Shown: positions 48,835 through 61,000 of the stretch, piece after piece
How positions within the stretch are numbered: the first letter of the stretch is position 1
Layout of the letters: each line of letters begins with the position of its first letter
Source of the DNA: Macrostomum lignano
Lineage: Eukaryota
Direction of reading: 5' to 3'
DNA: 64,000 bases
NCBI GenBank assembly: GCA_002269645.1
Contig: NIVC01000110.1
Span: 901,812 to 965,811, forward strand
Notes under the pieces: model-generated
The model's database searches: none
Seen by the model: the letters and a program-made list of their open reading frames with translations, nothing else
What the model was told of the DNA's origin: nothing
Made by a program: the position numbers and the translations under genes

Positions 48835-51800
48835 ATGGCGTGTAGAAGTCTGCACACGGCATCATCGAGTTCGCAGTTGGAGACTGTGGCTGATTTAATC
48901 AGAGCCGGGGCAGATATTGACGAGCAGACGCCCGACGGCAGTTTCACACCCCTGCACTTGGCCGTGTATCACGGCAACGACAAAGTAGTTGCTACCCTGA
49001 TCCGAGCCGGCTGCAATGTTGACTTGCCAGACACTGCCGGATTTACCCCGGTGCACACAGCCGTTCTGAAAGGTCGCACCGCTATTCTCCGCCAACTGGT
49101 CAAGGCCGGAGCCAATCTAAACACGCACTGCTGCATGGGCAACACTCCGCTGCTCGCGGCCATCTCTCAGCGAAGAATCGCCGCGTTCAAGGCGCTGATC
49201 GAAGCGCAAGTCGACGTTAATCAGTGCTGTTCTGATGTGTCAGCATCGGCGTCGCCTCTTTTCGCTGCAACTCTCGGTGGAGACCAAGAATTTGTAAAGC
49301 GCCTGGTAGAAGCTGGCGCGTCCATCAATTTCCAGCAGCCAAACAACGGACTGACAGCTTTGCACGCCGCTGCTTTAACTGGCAATGCGAAACTCGTCAA
49401 CTATCTGGTGGGCGTAGGCGCAGAAGCTGGGCTGGCGAACTTTCAAGGCATCACGGCCGCTAATATGGCCGACATGCGGGGCGATCACCGGGTTGCTGCC
49501 CGGCTTAACCTTGCCGACACAGAGCCAACGGTCTCAGACTCGGACCCGGCTGATCATGCTGAAGAACCCACAACCGAATCACTTCCTGGTGACAAAGGAC
49601 TCGAAGAACTTCGTGAATTCAGCGTCACATTGTCCAATGCAATGTGCGCGGCCGGCTTCAAAGCCTTGAACGCCAGTTTGCAAAGCGGTGCTGCATTAGT
49701 TTTGCAAGACATCCTTCGAAGGTACTATGGTACTGAAGATCTGTACGTGTTTGGAAGCTTCTCAGACGGATGGGGCAGCTGCTTGAGGACCTTGAATGGC
49801 AGAATCAGCCGTGACTCCGACATTGACGTCACTGTGTTTCAGCCCGAAGCTCCACTCTGTTTGCGTGCCATGGATTCTGCTTTTTTCGCCGACTGCAACA
49901 ACTGCAGGCACCTGGAAGTCGAATACGTTGACGGGCACGCTCGCTATGGAATCGATGGTAGGAATTAATTACTAGTACATGTAGCTCAAAGGTTTACCGA
50001 TAATTTTTTAGCAAACTTGTATCTTATATCTGACGACGTACATTATTTCGCTTTTTAGCCTCGGGTCCCAATGCAGCTCTGCTCGCAAACTACCCGCTGA
50101 TTACTGCAATAGACTTAATCAAGGCTTTAAGATGCTGCCGCTATCCCCGCATCGAGCTGTTGCAGCCCGACTACAGAAACCGGAAGTGTCAGACAACTGA
50201 GATGCCTCAGCGCATTCTGCAGCAACTCAGAGACGAGGCTCTCGGCGACTCTCCAAAGTGCCACGCGGTCGTTGCGGCACCTCCAGACGAGCCTCCCGGC
50301 AGCTGCATGCGGGTGAGCACAACCCTGCTGGAGAGAGCCGTCATGCACAGCCTCACCACGGTGCAGGGCCAGTTCTTCATCCTTCTAAAGTTCCTCATCA
50401 AGAAGGTGATCAGCAGTCGAGTGAGCGGTCTGAAGACGTACATGGCCAAGAACCTGCTGTTCTACATGCTCGACGAAACACCGGCAGCGGACTGGGAGCC
50501 GCAGAACTTGCTGGAACTCGTGCGGCAGTCTCTGCAGCTGCTGGTTGAGATGATGGAGAGCTCAGACTCCGAGCATGTTTGCATGAAGCACTTCTTCCTG
50601 CGCGATGCCAATGTGTACTTTAAGAAAGATCACGACTTGCAGAGTGTCATTATTGACTGTGTGCAAGCAACAAGCCGAAAACTGTTGGTAGTGACGAAAG
50701 ACTTTAAAGACTCGTTGCGAGACAACACGTCTAACGTGATTCAGTTCCACCCGTTTTACTACGCAGCTCAGCTCATCCGGAGCGTTGGCACTACACATTC
50801 GGGTTACTTTTCAATCTTACCTTTGGTGAAGGACTGCATCGTGAGACTAGGAAGCGGCTTCACAGAATCCACAAAGGAGCAACAGTTGGAAGATTTGCTT
50901 CATCAAATAAACAAACTTCCTGAACCGTCGGCAAAAACAACAAAAGAATGCTTGAAATTTTTGGCCTATTTAAAATTCGGAGTACCTTTGAACAGTAGCA
51001 ACGTTGGTTTGGCGAGCTCAGCCAGTCCCGGGATCCCCTGCGCCATTGGATGCCGAAGCCAAGACGTCGACGAACGAAAACTGACCGCAGAGTCGGCCAA
51101 GCAGATGGTGTGGAGCCATCTCAGCAGCAACGACTCAGCCTGGAAGTTCGGCCTCTTGCTCAGACGTGACATTCGTCTGGACTTTCTGCCGTCCGACCTG
51201 ACGGATCTTATCACCAAGAAAACTGGAGGCGTTAGCGTCGATGCATCCTACTACTTTTTAGACTTCTCGGCTCTTTGCGAGGCACTTAAAGCGCTTTACC
51301 TGGACTCGCTAGGTGTCCCAGCTGCCTGTGCTCCGCTGATGCGCAGCGGCATGTCCGATTTCTATGAGGTTGACCTGCTGCCCCAGGATCAAGGCACCGC
51401 TGCAGCTGGCGGTGTTGCCCCGGCTCCGCTTCCGGATTTGTCTGTGCAGTTTGGAGCTCTGAAGATGGTGCGTCTTTGGCAGCAGCTGAGCTGAGCTTAG
51501 TTGACATAATTAAAAGATTAGCTAACTTTAGGACTTTTGACTTTAGATAAGCGAGGAGATAAGAGAGGAGAGGAGTGGGAAGAGAAGGGAAGATGAGGGG
51601 ACAAAAGAGAGAATAATGAAGAGGAGAATGGAGAGAGGAAGGGGAGAGAGGAGAGAGGCGAGATGAGAGATGAGAGGTTAGATGAGGGGAGAGAGGAGAG
51701 AAGGGATAGGCGACCCGGAGGAGCAAAGATAGGCGACTTGAGAAGAGACTCAAGCGGGCCAGATTGCTATTAATTGTGAAGTTTCATGGATCGAGGGCCG

Positions 51801-52308
51801 GATAGAGAGGGCTTCGCGGGACGCATGTTTGCCGACCCCTGAAGTAGACTATGCGACTCCGCACTGTCGGGTATTAAGTTAGGCACTAAAACAGATCATC
51901 ATATTCACTATCTAATCTAACAAATAAAAAGCTTTTCTCACGCGGCAGGGACTTATTTTCCGTTCTTATGCAATTTTTACAGCCAGACAGCTGGGCACTG
52001 ACCGACGACAACGAAGACTTGCGTCACTACATCCGGGATGTTCAAGGAATTTTGACTGACGCGTTCGCGGCCAACCCGAGCGCGCTTTGCCAGTTCGCTG
52101 AGGCTGCGCAGCAGGTGGTGAGAAGAACCGAAGTAAATGCACTTTTAAGAAAAGAATTTGTAAGTACAAAATGTCCCTAAATTGTTTACCATTCCAGCCA
52201 GAAATTGTAGAATTTGTGCAGAGAGGATTTTTACCGGCCGACTCAACAACAAGCGCTGATGTTGCTGACCAGCTTGAAGAGGATGACTTGGATCGATCTG
52301 AACGTTGA
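48835..52308 (+). CDS. Ankyrin-repeat + Mab-21/cGAS-like nucleotidyltransferase (cGLR candidate), about 939 aa
   Basis: Exons 48835-49957, 50059-51467, 51983-52159 and 52198-52308 are in phase with no frameshift; the last two are inferred, and without them the ORF stops at 51494. About 6-7 ANK repeats (TPLHLAV, TPVHTAV, TPLLAAI, SPLFAAT, TALHAAA). NTase YVFGSFSDG..SDIDV and IDLIKA. Mab-21 C-lobe CHAV..MRVSTTLLER..Q..FILLKFLIK..LKTYMAKNLLFYMLD..W..NL..L..L..HFF..NVYF. Confidence 0.87.
51545..51841 (-). mobile_element. hAT-like MITE with a GA-rich core (family copy) in the cGLR intron
   Basis: GA tract followed by GCGGGCCAGATTGCTATT..GTGAAGTTTC..GAGGGCCGGAT..CTTCGCGGGACGCATGTTTGCCGACCCCTG. Confidence 0.65.
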
Positions 52309-53598
52309 TAAATTTTTGTTGGTGGCCAATGTTTTATATTTGACAGACTTTTGATTAACCGCACATAATGACAATTAAAATCAATTTAGTTAGACTTTGA
52401 TTTAACAATATTGTTTTTATTTTTAACAATAAATAAACTGTGAAACACATTCGAGCTTATATTGAATAGCTTGTGCACGTTTTGACAAGTTTCCGTTGAA
52501 AAGTACATTGCTGACTTTGCCGGCTTTTAAAAATGCTACTATAGATTTAAAAAAACATATTTTGTTAATAACATACTTAAGTAATGACAAAAAATCACAA
52601 ATATCGCCCTAATTGGATTAGGATCAAAGTTTCTTGACACACTGGTCTTGACACACTGGGGCCTCTAGTGATAATTAATAATTAAATTATAATAATTAAT
52701 ATTATAATTTTTACCGCATACGAATGAGCAAGGCGTAACGATATGAGCGATGGAAAAATTGATAACAGAATATCGCGCATCCATTTGAAGCATATGAAAG
52801 GAGCTCTTTTTATTGGATTTTTTATTATTTCTGTCTAGAAGTGTTCCGACACTTTCCCTAGTTTGTTTCTTTTGTTTCAGAATACAGCTTATAAAATCAT
52901 TTAAAAGTTGTAAAGAAAAACTGTATTATTTAAAATAGCGTTATCACAGAGACGAGAGTAGATGATTGTGCTTTAATCCCGAATCACCGACATGATTTAT
53001 TGTAAAAAAGGGGTCAGATTCTTTCAAACAGTTTCCTAGAAACCCAGACTTCTGATTTTATGGCAGTTCTAATCTTCATTTTTGACAATACAATTATGCT
53101 CTGTTGGCTCCAAACGAACGCAGAAGTCGTTTAAAACGAAAAAGATAAATTGCACTAAATACATTTCAAGAATTGACAGAAATGAAATTGGCCATGTTTT
53201 GCGTAATATGAGCCGATTATAAATATTTATAACAATAACAATAAGTTGCACTACTGCATGCATGCTACTAGTTGGCTAATAAATTTTTCCTCAGTAGTAT
53301 GTAACGTACGATGAGAGGCACAATGATATCGACAGAGCGACAAAGTCCGTGACACCTTTAAAGTAAAAGTAATCGTATTTGCTGTAGGCACAATTTGCTG
53401 GGCTTATTTGTTTAGCCAAAATTTAGCTTTAAAATTTGTCTCTAGTTCAAACTAGTTGCCTTCGCAGAAGTTAATAAGTAGACTGATTAAATTGCTTTAA
53501 AGTACAAATATATGCATTTACAATAGCCAAGCTTATTGTACTTACGACTCTTCCCATCTGATCCCATGTACCTTTTACGCTGGACTCAGTGGTGGCGC

Positions 53599-53808
53599 TG
53601 GATTGGCGCTAAAATCTAGACTGCGGAGCTGGATTGGCGCTAAAATCTAGATTGCGGAGCTGAATTGGCGCTAAAATCTAAACTGCGGAGCTGGATTGGC
53701 GCTAAAATCTAGATTGCGGAGCTGGATTGGCGCTAAAATCTAAACTGCGGAGCTGAATTGGCGCTAAAATCTAGACTGCGGAGCTGGATTGGCGCTAAAA
53801 TCTAGACT
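53599..53808. repeat. 31-bp minisatellite
   Basis: Unit GGATTGGCGCTAAAATCTAGACTGCGGAGCT; about 7 copies. Confidence 0.93.
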
Positions 53809-53933
53809 CACCTATATGAGTACAAACTATAAATTCTTTCGATTTTTAGAACTTTTATCCTTCATTTTTCGAACTATGCAGTGACTGCACTTTTCGTTCA
53901 CAGGCATCAGTTCACAGTTTACCATGTAGTCTT

Positions 53934-56900
53934 TCAGCTGCTCAGTTTTGGCGATCGATCATTCCTGTTGACCGACCGACCCTCTTTAATTGATCGGTCA
54001 CTGCCAATTCGATTGCGCACCACCATGTAGGTTGGCAGCTGGATTGTCCGGGTCACCGGGTTCACCTCAAACACCGGCTCGTTTGTCCAAATCTGTTGCT
54101 GTAATAATTTTGATTTGAGAAGTGTTTGAGTCATTTTTGGATGCGTTGGCGGTGAGTTGTCGACAATGTACTAGTGTGCGACTGACTGGACTGAGTGGTT
54201 TTATGATCGAATCAAATCGATTCTTTTGGCGATCCCAGGGTCTAAAAATAGCATATACCACAACTTTAGGAAAACTCTGTGTCTAAAAATAGCATATACC
54301 ACAGCTTTAATGAATCCTTGTGTCTAAAAATAGCACATGCAACAGTTTTCAGAAATCCCTGCGTCTAAAAATAGCATATACCACAACTTTAGGAAAACTC
54401 AGTGTCTAAAAATAGCAGATGCCACAGCTTTAATGAAACCTTGTGTCTAAAAATAGCACATGCAACAGCTTTCAGAAATCCCTCCGTCTAAAAATAGCAT
54501 ATACCGCAGCTTTAAGGAATGCCCGAGGGTCATCCCAAAAGTTTCAGCAAAGGCCTATTAATTTTCAACAAACGAGTGTCAGAACAATGAACATGTCAAA
54601 AACCTTCAAAATAACTTCCGTTGACTTGAATTGTGCGCTCCCAGCGGCCAGGCAACTTCTGAACGCTGTCAGCAGCGCCAGATTCGCACAGGTCTTTTGC
54701 AATGCGGCCGACCTCGCTGAACAGGTCATCAGGGCAATGGAAACGACGCCCTCGGAGCTGGTTCTTAAGCTTCGGAAAAAGGTCGAAATCGCAGGGACTG
54801 AGGTCTGGGGAGTAAGGAGGATGAGGCAGCACCTCTCACTGGTAGTCCCGCAGTAGGTCCTGCACAATGCGGGCTGTGTGCGAACTGGCATTGTCGTGCA
54901 GAAGGAGTGGACCAAGTTCCAGGGTCTGTGGCCGCTTTTTGCGCAAGGCAGGCCGAAGATGGTGAATAATGAAGCTCGACGAGGGGATTCCGGACAGCTC
55001 AGCCATTTCTTCGCATGTCTAACGACGATCGATGTTCAGCAGCCCTTGGATCAACTCGATGTTCGACTCTGTGCGAGCTTCTTTTGGCCTTCCTCGTCCT
55101 CGACATCATCCTCGACATCAGAGCGGCCATTCTTGAATCGACTGTACCAGTCATACACGGCTCGCTGGCTCATCGCATTTGGCCCATGGGCCTGCAGCAA
55201 CTGACGGTGAATTTGAGCTGCAGGGACACCACGAAGACATTCCGTTTTAATGTATGAGCGCTGCTCCAAGTTGAACGGAAATTCCATTTTATCGTTGTCG
55301 GCCGATGTTTGATTTAGTATCTCACAAAATGTTTTTTAGAAAACAGAATTTTGAAGCTAGAATGCTAAAAACTTACTCAGACACCCGAAATATGCTCATC
55401 TTTCGTGTGGTATAAGTGCTATAGTCCTAAAAGTTGTCTATGGCACAAAATCATTCGATTGCTGAAACTTTTGGGATGACCCTCGTGCCTTATCTAAATA
55501 TAGCAAACGCCACGATTTTACCGTAGTCCCGGGTCTAAGAACAGTACATCCCATAAGTTTTGTAGGAATGAATCCCAGAATCTAACTAAACAGCAAACTG
55601 ATATCCTTGAGTCAAGGAATACTCTACACAAAAAATTAATTCGTCAGAGCCTCGCGCTTACTTCGGAATTCTCCGGTCGCCATTTGAGCACAGCCTCATC
55701 CTCGCCGAATCTTCTCGAGCAGGAGACAATGCAGCCGCTGGGCGAGTCCAGTCTGCTCAAAGGGTTAAAAGGGGAAAGCTTGCAAAAAAGAATTTGGTAA
55801 CTTTCGATTGCACTTTAGCATGTAGGGACGTCCAAGGTTAACCTCCCAGATCCTCAGTTGCTGGGCCAGTCTCCCAGAGTGTCAGTTGCTGGGCCAGCCT
55901 CCTAGATCCTCAGTTGCTGGGCCAGCCTCCCAGAGAGTCAGTTGCTGGGCCAGCCTCCCAAATCCTCAGTTGCTGGGCCAGCCTCCCAGATCCTCAGTTG
56001 CTGGGCCAGCCTCCCAGAGAGTCAGTTGCTGGGCCAGCCTCTCAGATCCTCAGTTGCTGGGCCAGCCTCCCAGATCCTCAGTTGCTGGGCCAGCCTCCCA
56101 GATCCTCAGTTGCTGGGCCAGCCTCCCAAATCCTCAGTTGCTGGGCCAGCCTCTCAGATCCTCAGTTGCTGGGCCAGCCTCCCAGATCCTCAGTTGCTGG
56201 GCCAGCCTCCCAGATCCTCAGTTGCTGGGCCAGCCTCCCAGAGAGTCAGTTGCTGGGCCAGCCTCCCAGATCCTCAGTTGCTGGGCCAGCCTCCCAGAGT
56301 GTCAGTTGCTGGGCCAGCCTCCCAGATCCTCAGTTGCTGGGCCAGCCTCCCAGAGAGTCAGTTGCTGGGCCAGCCTCTCAGATCCTCAGTTGCTGGGCCA
56401 GCCTCCCAGATCCTCAGTTGCTGGGCCAGCCTCCCAGATCCTCAGTTGCTGGGCCAGCCTCCCAAATCCTCAGTTGCTGGGCCAGCCAGCCACCCAGATC
56501 CCTTGTTGCTGGGCCGCCACCGCCTTCCCAGCAGCTCACCTAGCAGGTATCAGGCACACTATCGCAGACTCGGCCACCTTGTTCCTGACAACCAGCTCCA
56601 GATCGCGGCTGTAGGCCACCCGACCCCCTCCCTGATCTGCGGAATTCCTTTCTTCCTCGTTTTTATCTTCCTCCTCAGCAACAGTTTCCAAGGAAGCAAC
56701 TGTCGGCGTTGACGGCGGAGTCCTGGCCGCCGCCCGCCCGCCAGTGTCGAACACTTCGCTGTCCGTCTCCGAGCCGCTGCTGCTGCCGCCAGCCTCCTCA
56801 TCAAGCTCGAATCCGTCCTCGCCATCGTTCAAGTTTCTCACATCGAACACGATCAGATCCCCGGAGCCGGTGCCCACCCACAGCTGCCTTCGGCCGCTCC

Positions 56901-57668
56901 TCCGCCGCGTCCCCGTAGCCAGCAGCGAAGTCACCCTGAAGGGATTCGCCGAGCCGGCCCGGCCGGTGCTCTCCGCAGCGTCGGCATCTAACTCGCTGAG
57001 CCGCTGCAGCGGGCGGGTCATGGTTTGGATGTCGAACCTCAGCCGGCAACTGGAGCCGTCAGAGCTCCACAGCTCTACGACTGGGGAGCCGCGGACCGCC
57101 AACCAGACACCGCAGGAGCGACCGCCGTCATGCAGACAGAGCACCGAGTCGAACGGGCACTCGGACACTCGGACACGACAATACGCGTCCAGACTGTCCG
57201 ATCGTAGCAACTGGACGAAGTTGCCGCAGGCCACCCACAGGACGCCGCCGCCATCCTCGGGCAGCTGAGCCAGCGCAACTGCAGTGGCCGGGCAGGCGCC
57301 GCCGAGGTTGATGAAGAACACGGAGGAGTCTGGCTGTTCTCGTCCGATGTCCTCCAGCACGGCCAGGGAGCCGCTGGCCAGAGCTGCGAACACTCGATGA
57401 CGCCGGGGCCGCCGATCGGAGCTGTGGACGGCTGCGCCTCCGAGCAGATGGCCAGGACTGAGTCCGGCATCCGGAACTCCCACAGCTGCTCGCTGGGGGA
57501 TTGATTCGTAAATTAATCAATCAATGAATTAGTTAGTCAATCAATCAGACAATCAATCAATCAATCAGAATAATCAAAACAATCAATCAAGCAAGCAAGA
57601 AATAAAATAATCAATCAATCCATCAATCAATCATTCAATCAATCAATAGATCAATCAGCCAACCAATA

Positions 57669-57739
<71 letters not shown>

Positions 57740-57744
57740 TAATA

Positions 57745-57775
<31 letters not shown>

Positions 57776-57964
57776 TAATCAATCAATCAATCAATTAATT
57801 AATCAATCAATCAGTCAATCAATCGATCAGTCAATCAATTAATCAGCCAATAAATCAATCAAATCAATCAAATCAATTAAATCAATCAATCAAATCAAAT
57901 AAATCAAGTCAATCAAATCAATCAAATCAATCAATCAATCAATCAATCAATCCATCAATCAATT

Positions 57965-58019
<55 letters not shown>

Positions 58020-61000
58020 TAATTAATCAATCAATCAATCAATCAATCAATTAATCAATCGATCAGTCAATCAATCGATCAGTCAATCAAATCAAATCAA
58101 TCAATCAATCAATCATATAGTCATTAATCGGACAAAAAACTCTAATGTATCGAGATCTACAATGTATAGCAAACGGTCAACTAATAGATATATTGTAACA
58201 ATCTGTTTTCAAAAATATAAATAACTAATTGATTAATCAATCAAATAAATCGTCTACTTTATCACCATACATCCATAGCTACACATAGATGGCATATTAA
58301 TTAACAAACCAGCTCAATCAAAAAAACCATAAATCAATCACATTGCTCACCCGCTGCCAGCATCCAGGGCCGCGATGAACATGCCCAATGTGCCGAGCAG
58401 GACCACCTGGCAACTGTCCAACGAATAGGAGCAGCTCACCTGGGACTCAATCTGCGGGATTGATTCGATCAAGAAATGCTACTTTGGTTGATTTTATTCT
58501 GAGTTTGGGAGGAGTTTACGAGTTCGATATCTCACCTCTACGCCCAGGCTGAACATGAGGTTGTCTTCGATTCTCAGGCGGCACACCTGGCTCCTGCCGC
58601 TGTCGCCGTAGCAAATCCACACACTGCCGTCTGGACTGCTCAGACCGCTGCTCACCAGGGGCTGATTGGGGCTCTCCATATCGCCCCGCTGTTGGGTAAG
58701 ATTGAGGGTGAGATTAGATGGTGAGATTTGATAGAAGCTGAGATTTAATGGTGAGATTGGATAGAGGCTGAGATTTGATGGTGAGATCGGATAGAGGCTG
58801 AGATTTGATGGTGAGATTTGATGGTGAGATTTGATGGTGAGATTTGATGGTGAGATTGAATAGAGTGAGATTTGAGGGTGAGATTGGATAAAGCATGAGA
58901 CTGGATAGAGTGAGATTTGAGGGTGAGATTGGATAAAGCATGAGATTGGATAGAGTGAGATTTGAGGGTAAGATTGGATAGAGTGAGATTTGAGGGTAAG
59001 ATTGGATAGAGTGAGATTTGAGGGTGAGATTGGATAAAGCATGAGATTGGATAGAGTGAGATTTGAGGGTAAGATTGGATAGAGTGAGATTTGAGGGTAA
59101 GATTGGATAGAGTGAGATTTGAGGGTAAGAGAGTGAGATTTGAGGGTAAGATTGGATAGAGTGAGATTTGAGGGTAAGATTGGATAGAGTGAGATTTGAG
59201 GGTGAGATTGGATAAAGCATGAGATTGGATAGAGTGAGATTTGAGGGTGAGATTGGATAAAGCATGAGATTGGATAGAGTGAGATTTGAGGGTGAGATTG
59301 GATAGAGTGAGATCTGAGAGGTGTCTACACACGGCTGCTCTCCAGAGTTCCATTAGGACACTCCCTACTCCATCGAAATTAATTTCTTCCCACAACAAGG
59401 ACACATGGGACAGACGGACATTCGGCCCAAATCCCATGTTTGGGCGTGTCCGCAACTCGCAGCTCGAATATCTGGCGATGGGCCTCCCATGAATAAAAAT
59501 AGATTTGTTAGACAAATAAGCAGCCCCGTTTCTCATTGCCGTATCGATTGATAATACGGCTGTAGTTTAGCCATCTGAGCAAAAGTATCAAGTTTCGGAT
59601 CGAATCGGTTCTATATATAGCTTTTATTTTGTCTAAAATTGTGTTCATTGATCGATAAAAACGTGTCTTCTGTAGTTTCCCTGTTGTTTTTAATATAAAT
59701 CTTGTTTTTCAGTTTGTTTTGTAGAAAATTACTAACCATATCAGTCAGTGTACATTCAATGTCATTTTAATTTGGGTTTTTTTAATTCCTACCCTATCAG
59801 TCAGTGTACGCTTGTACGAGTACATTCAAGGTCGTTTCAATCTGCTTATATAAATTCATACCCTATCAGTATACATCCAAGGTTATTTTAATTTTCTTTA
59901 AATTCCTTTTTTACAAGGTATCAGTCAGTGTACATTCAAGGTCGTTTTAAATTTGTTTTAGATTTCTACCTTATCAGCGTACATTCAAGGTCATTTTAAA
60001 TTGTTTTAGATTCCTACCCTGTCAGTGTACATTCAAGGTCGTTTTAAATTTGTTTTTATTCCTTACTCTATCAGCCAGTAGTGAACATTCAAGGTCGTTT
60101 CAATCTGTTAAATAAAGCTTGAAACCCGCTAAAGCTACATTAAATGTACACTGAAGGTCATTCCACCCAGTACCCTCACATCCACAGCTGCTTCGTCCTC
60201 TTCCGCCTCCTCTTCTTCATCCTGAAGCGCTCTCCGCCGCAGTCGCTTCCGCCTCTCATCAGCCTCCGCCAGCGCCGCGATGTACACACCCCGCCTGGCG
60301 TCCAGCTCCCGTCTAGAAGGCACCCCGGCGTCGGCTCCCGCAGCAAAGGCCGTCCTGGCGAGCCCGTCAACATCGAATGCCAATCTGGCTGCGGCTTTGA
60401 GATGACGCCACAGCCCGATGGTGTCCGTCTGCCTCAGTAATGCCGCCTCGCTAGACTTCAACACCGCCAAGGCGAACCGGAACAGCACCTTGGGTCCTTC
60501 CAGTAGGAAACAATCCCACAGTCTCAGCAGAGTTTCAAACGGCAACGCGTCAAAGTAGATGGCTAGAAACCAGTTCAAAGTCACGGTGCCAACGTCGATG
60601 TCCAGATTGGAAATGTGCTCGTGCAGATTGGGCATCTGGCGACGAATCAGGTCCTTCAGCACGAGCTGGTCGGCCTGGGCGCCCAGCAGGCTTCCGGTGA
60701 AGTACAACGGATGAAAGTAGCACTCGGTGACCGCTACGAGCAGCCAGAAGGCGTCTTCCTTGCTGAGGAAGAGCAGGCCCATGCCCGCAATAAAGTTCAT
60801 GCCTTGGCAATAGCCCACGCTGGGATTGTGCAAGCAGAAGGCCTGCAGAATTTCCTGGAGCTTCTGAATCTGTAGGAGGTATATTGCACAGAATAGTAAT
60901 TTTATTTTTTAGAAATTAATTTCACACGGCCAAGGATTAGCCTATTAAAAAAATTGCGCCTTAACCAGTGTACATTTATTCAATCACTTAGGCTGCTCAA

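Noticed and set aside
55886-56712. Three repeat ORFs (LLGQPP/ASQILSCW)
   Set aside because: 28-bp intronic minisatellite.
59316-59536. GC-richer island in a TBC intron as an extra exon
   Set aside because: Exons 60180 and 58688 already join in phase 0, and the phase-0 reading of the island hits a stop.
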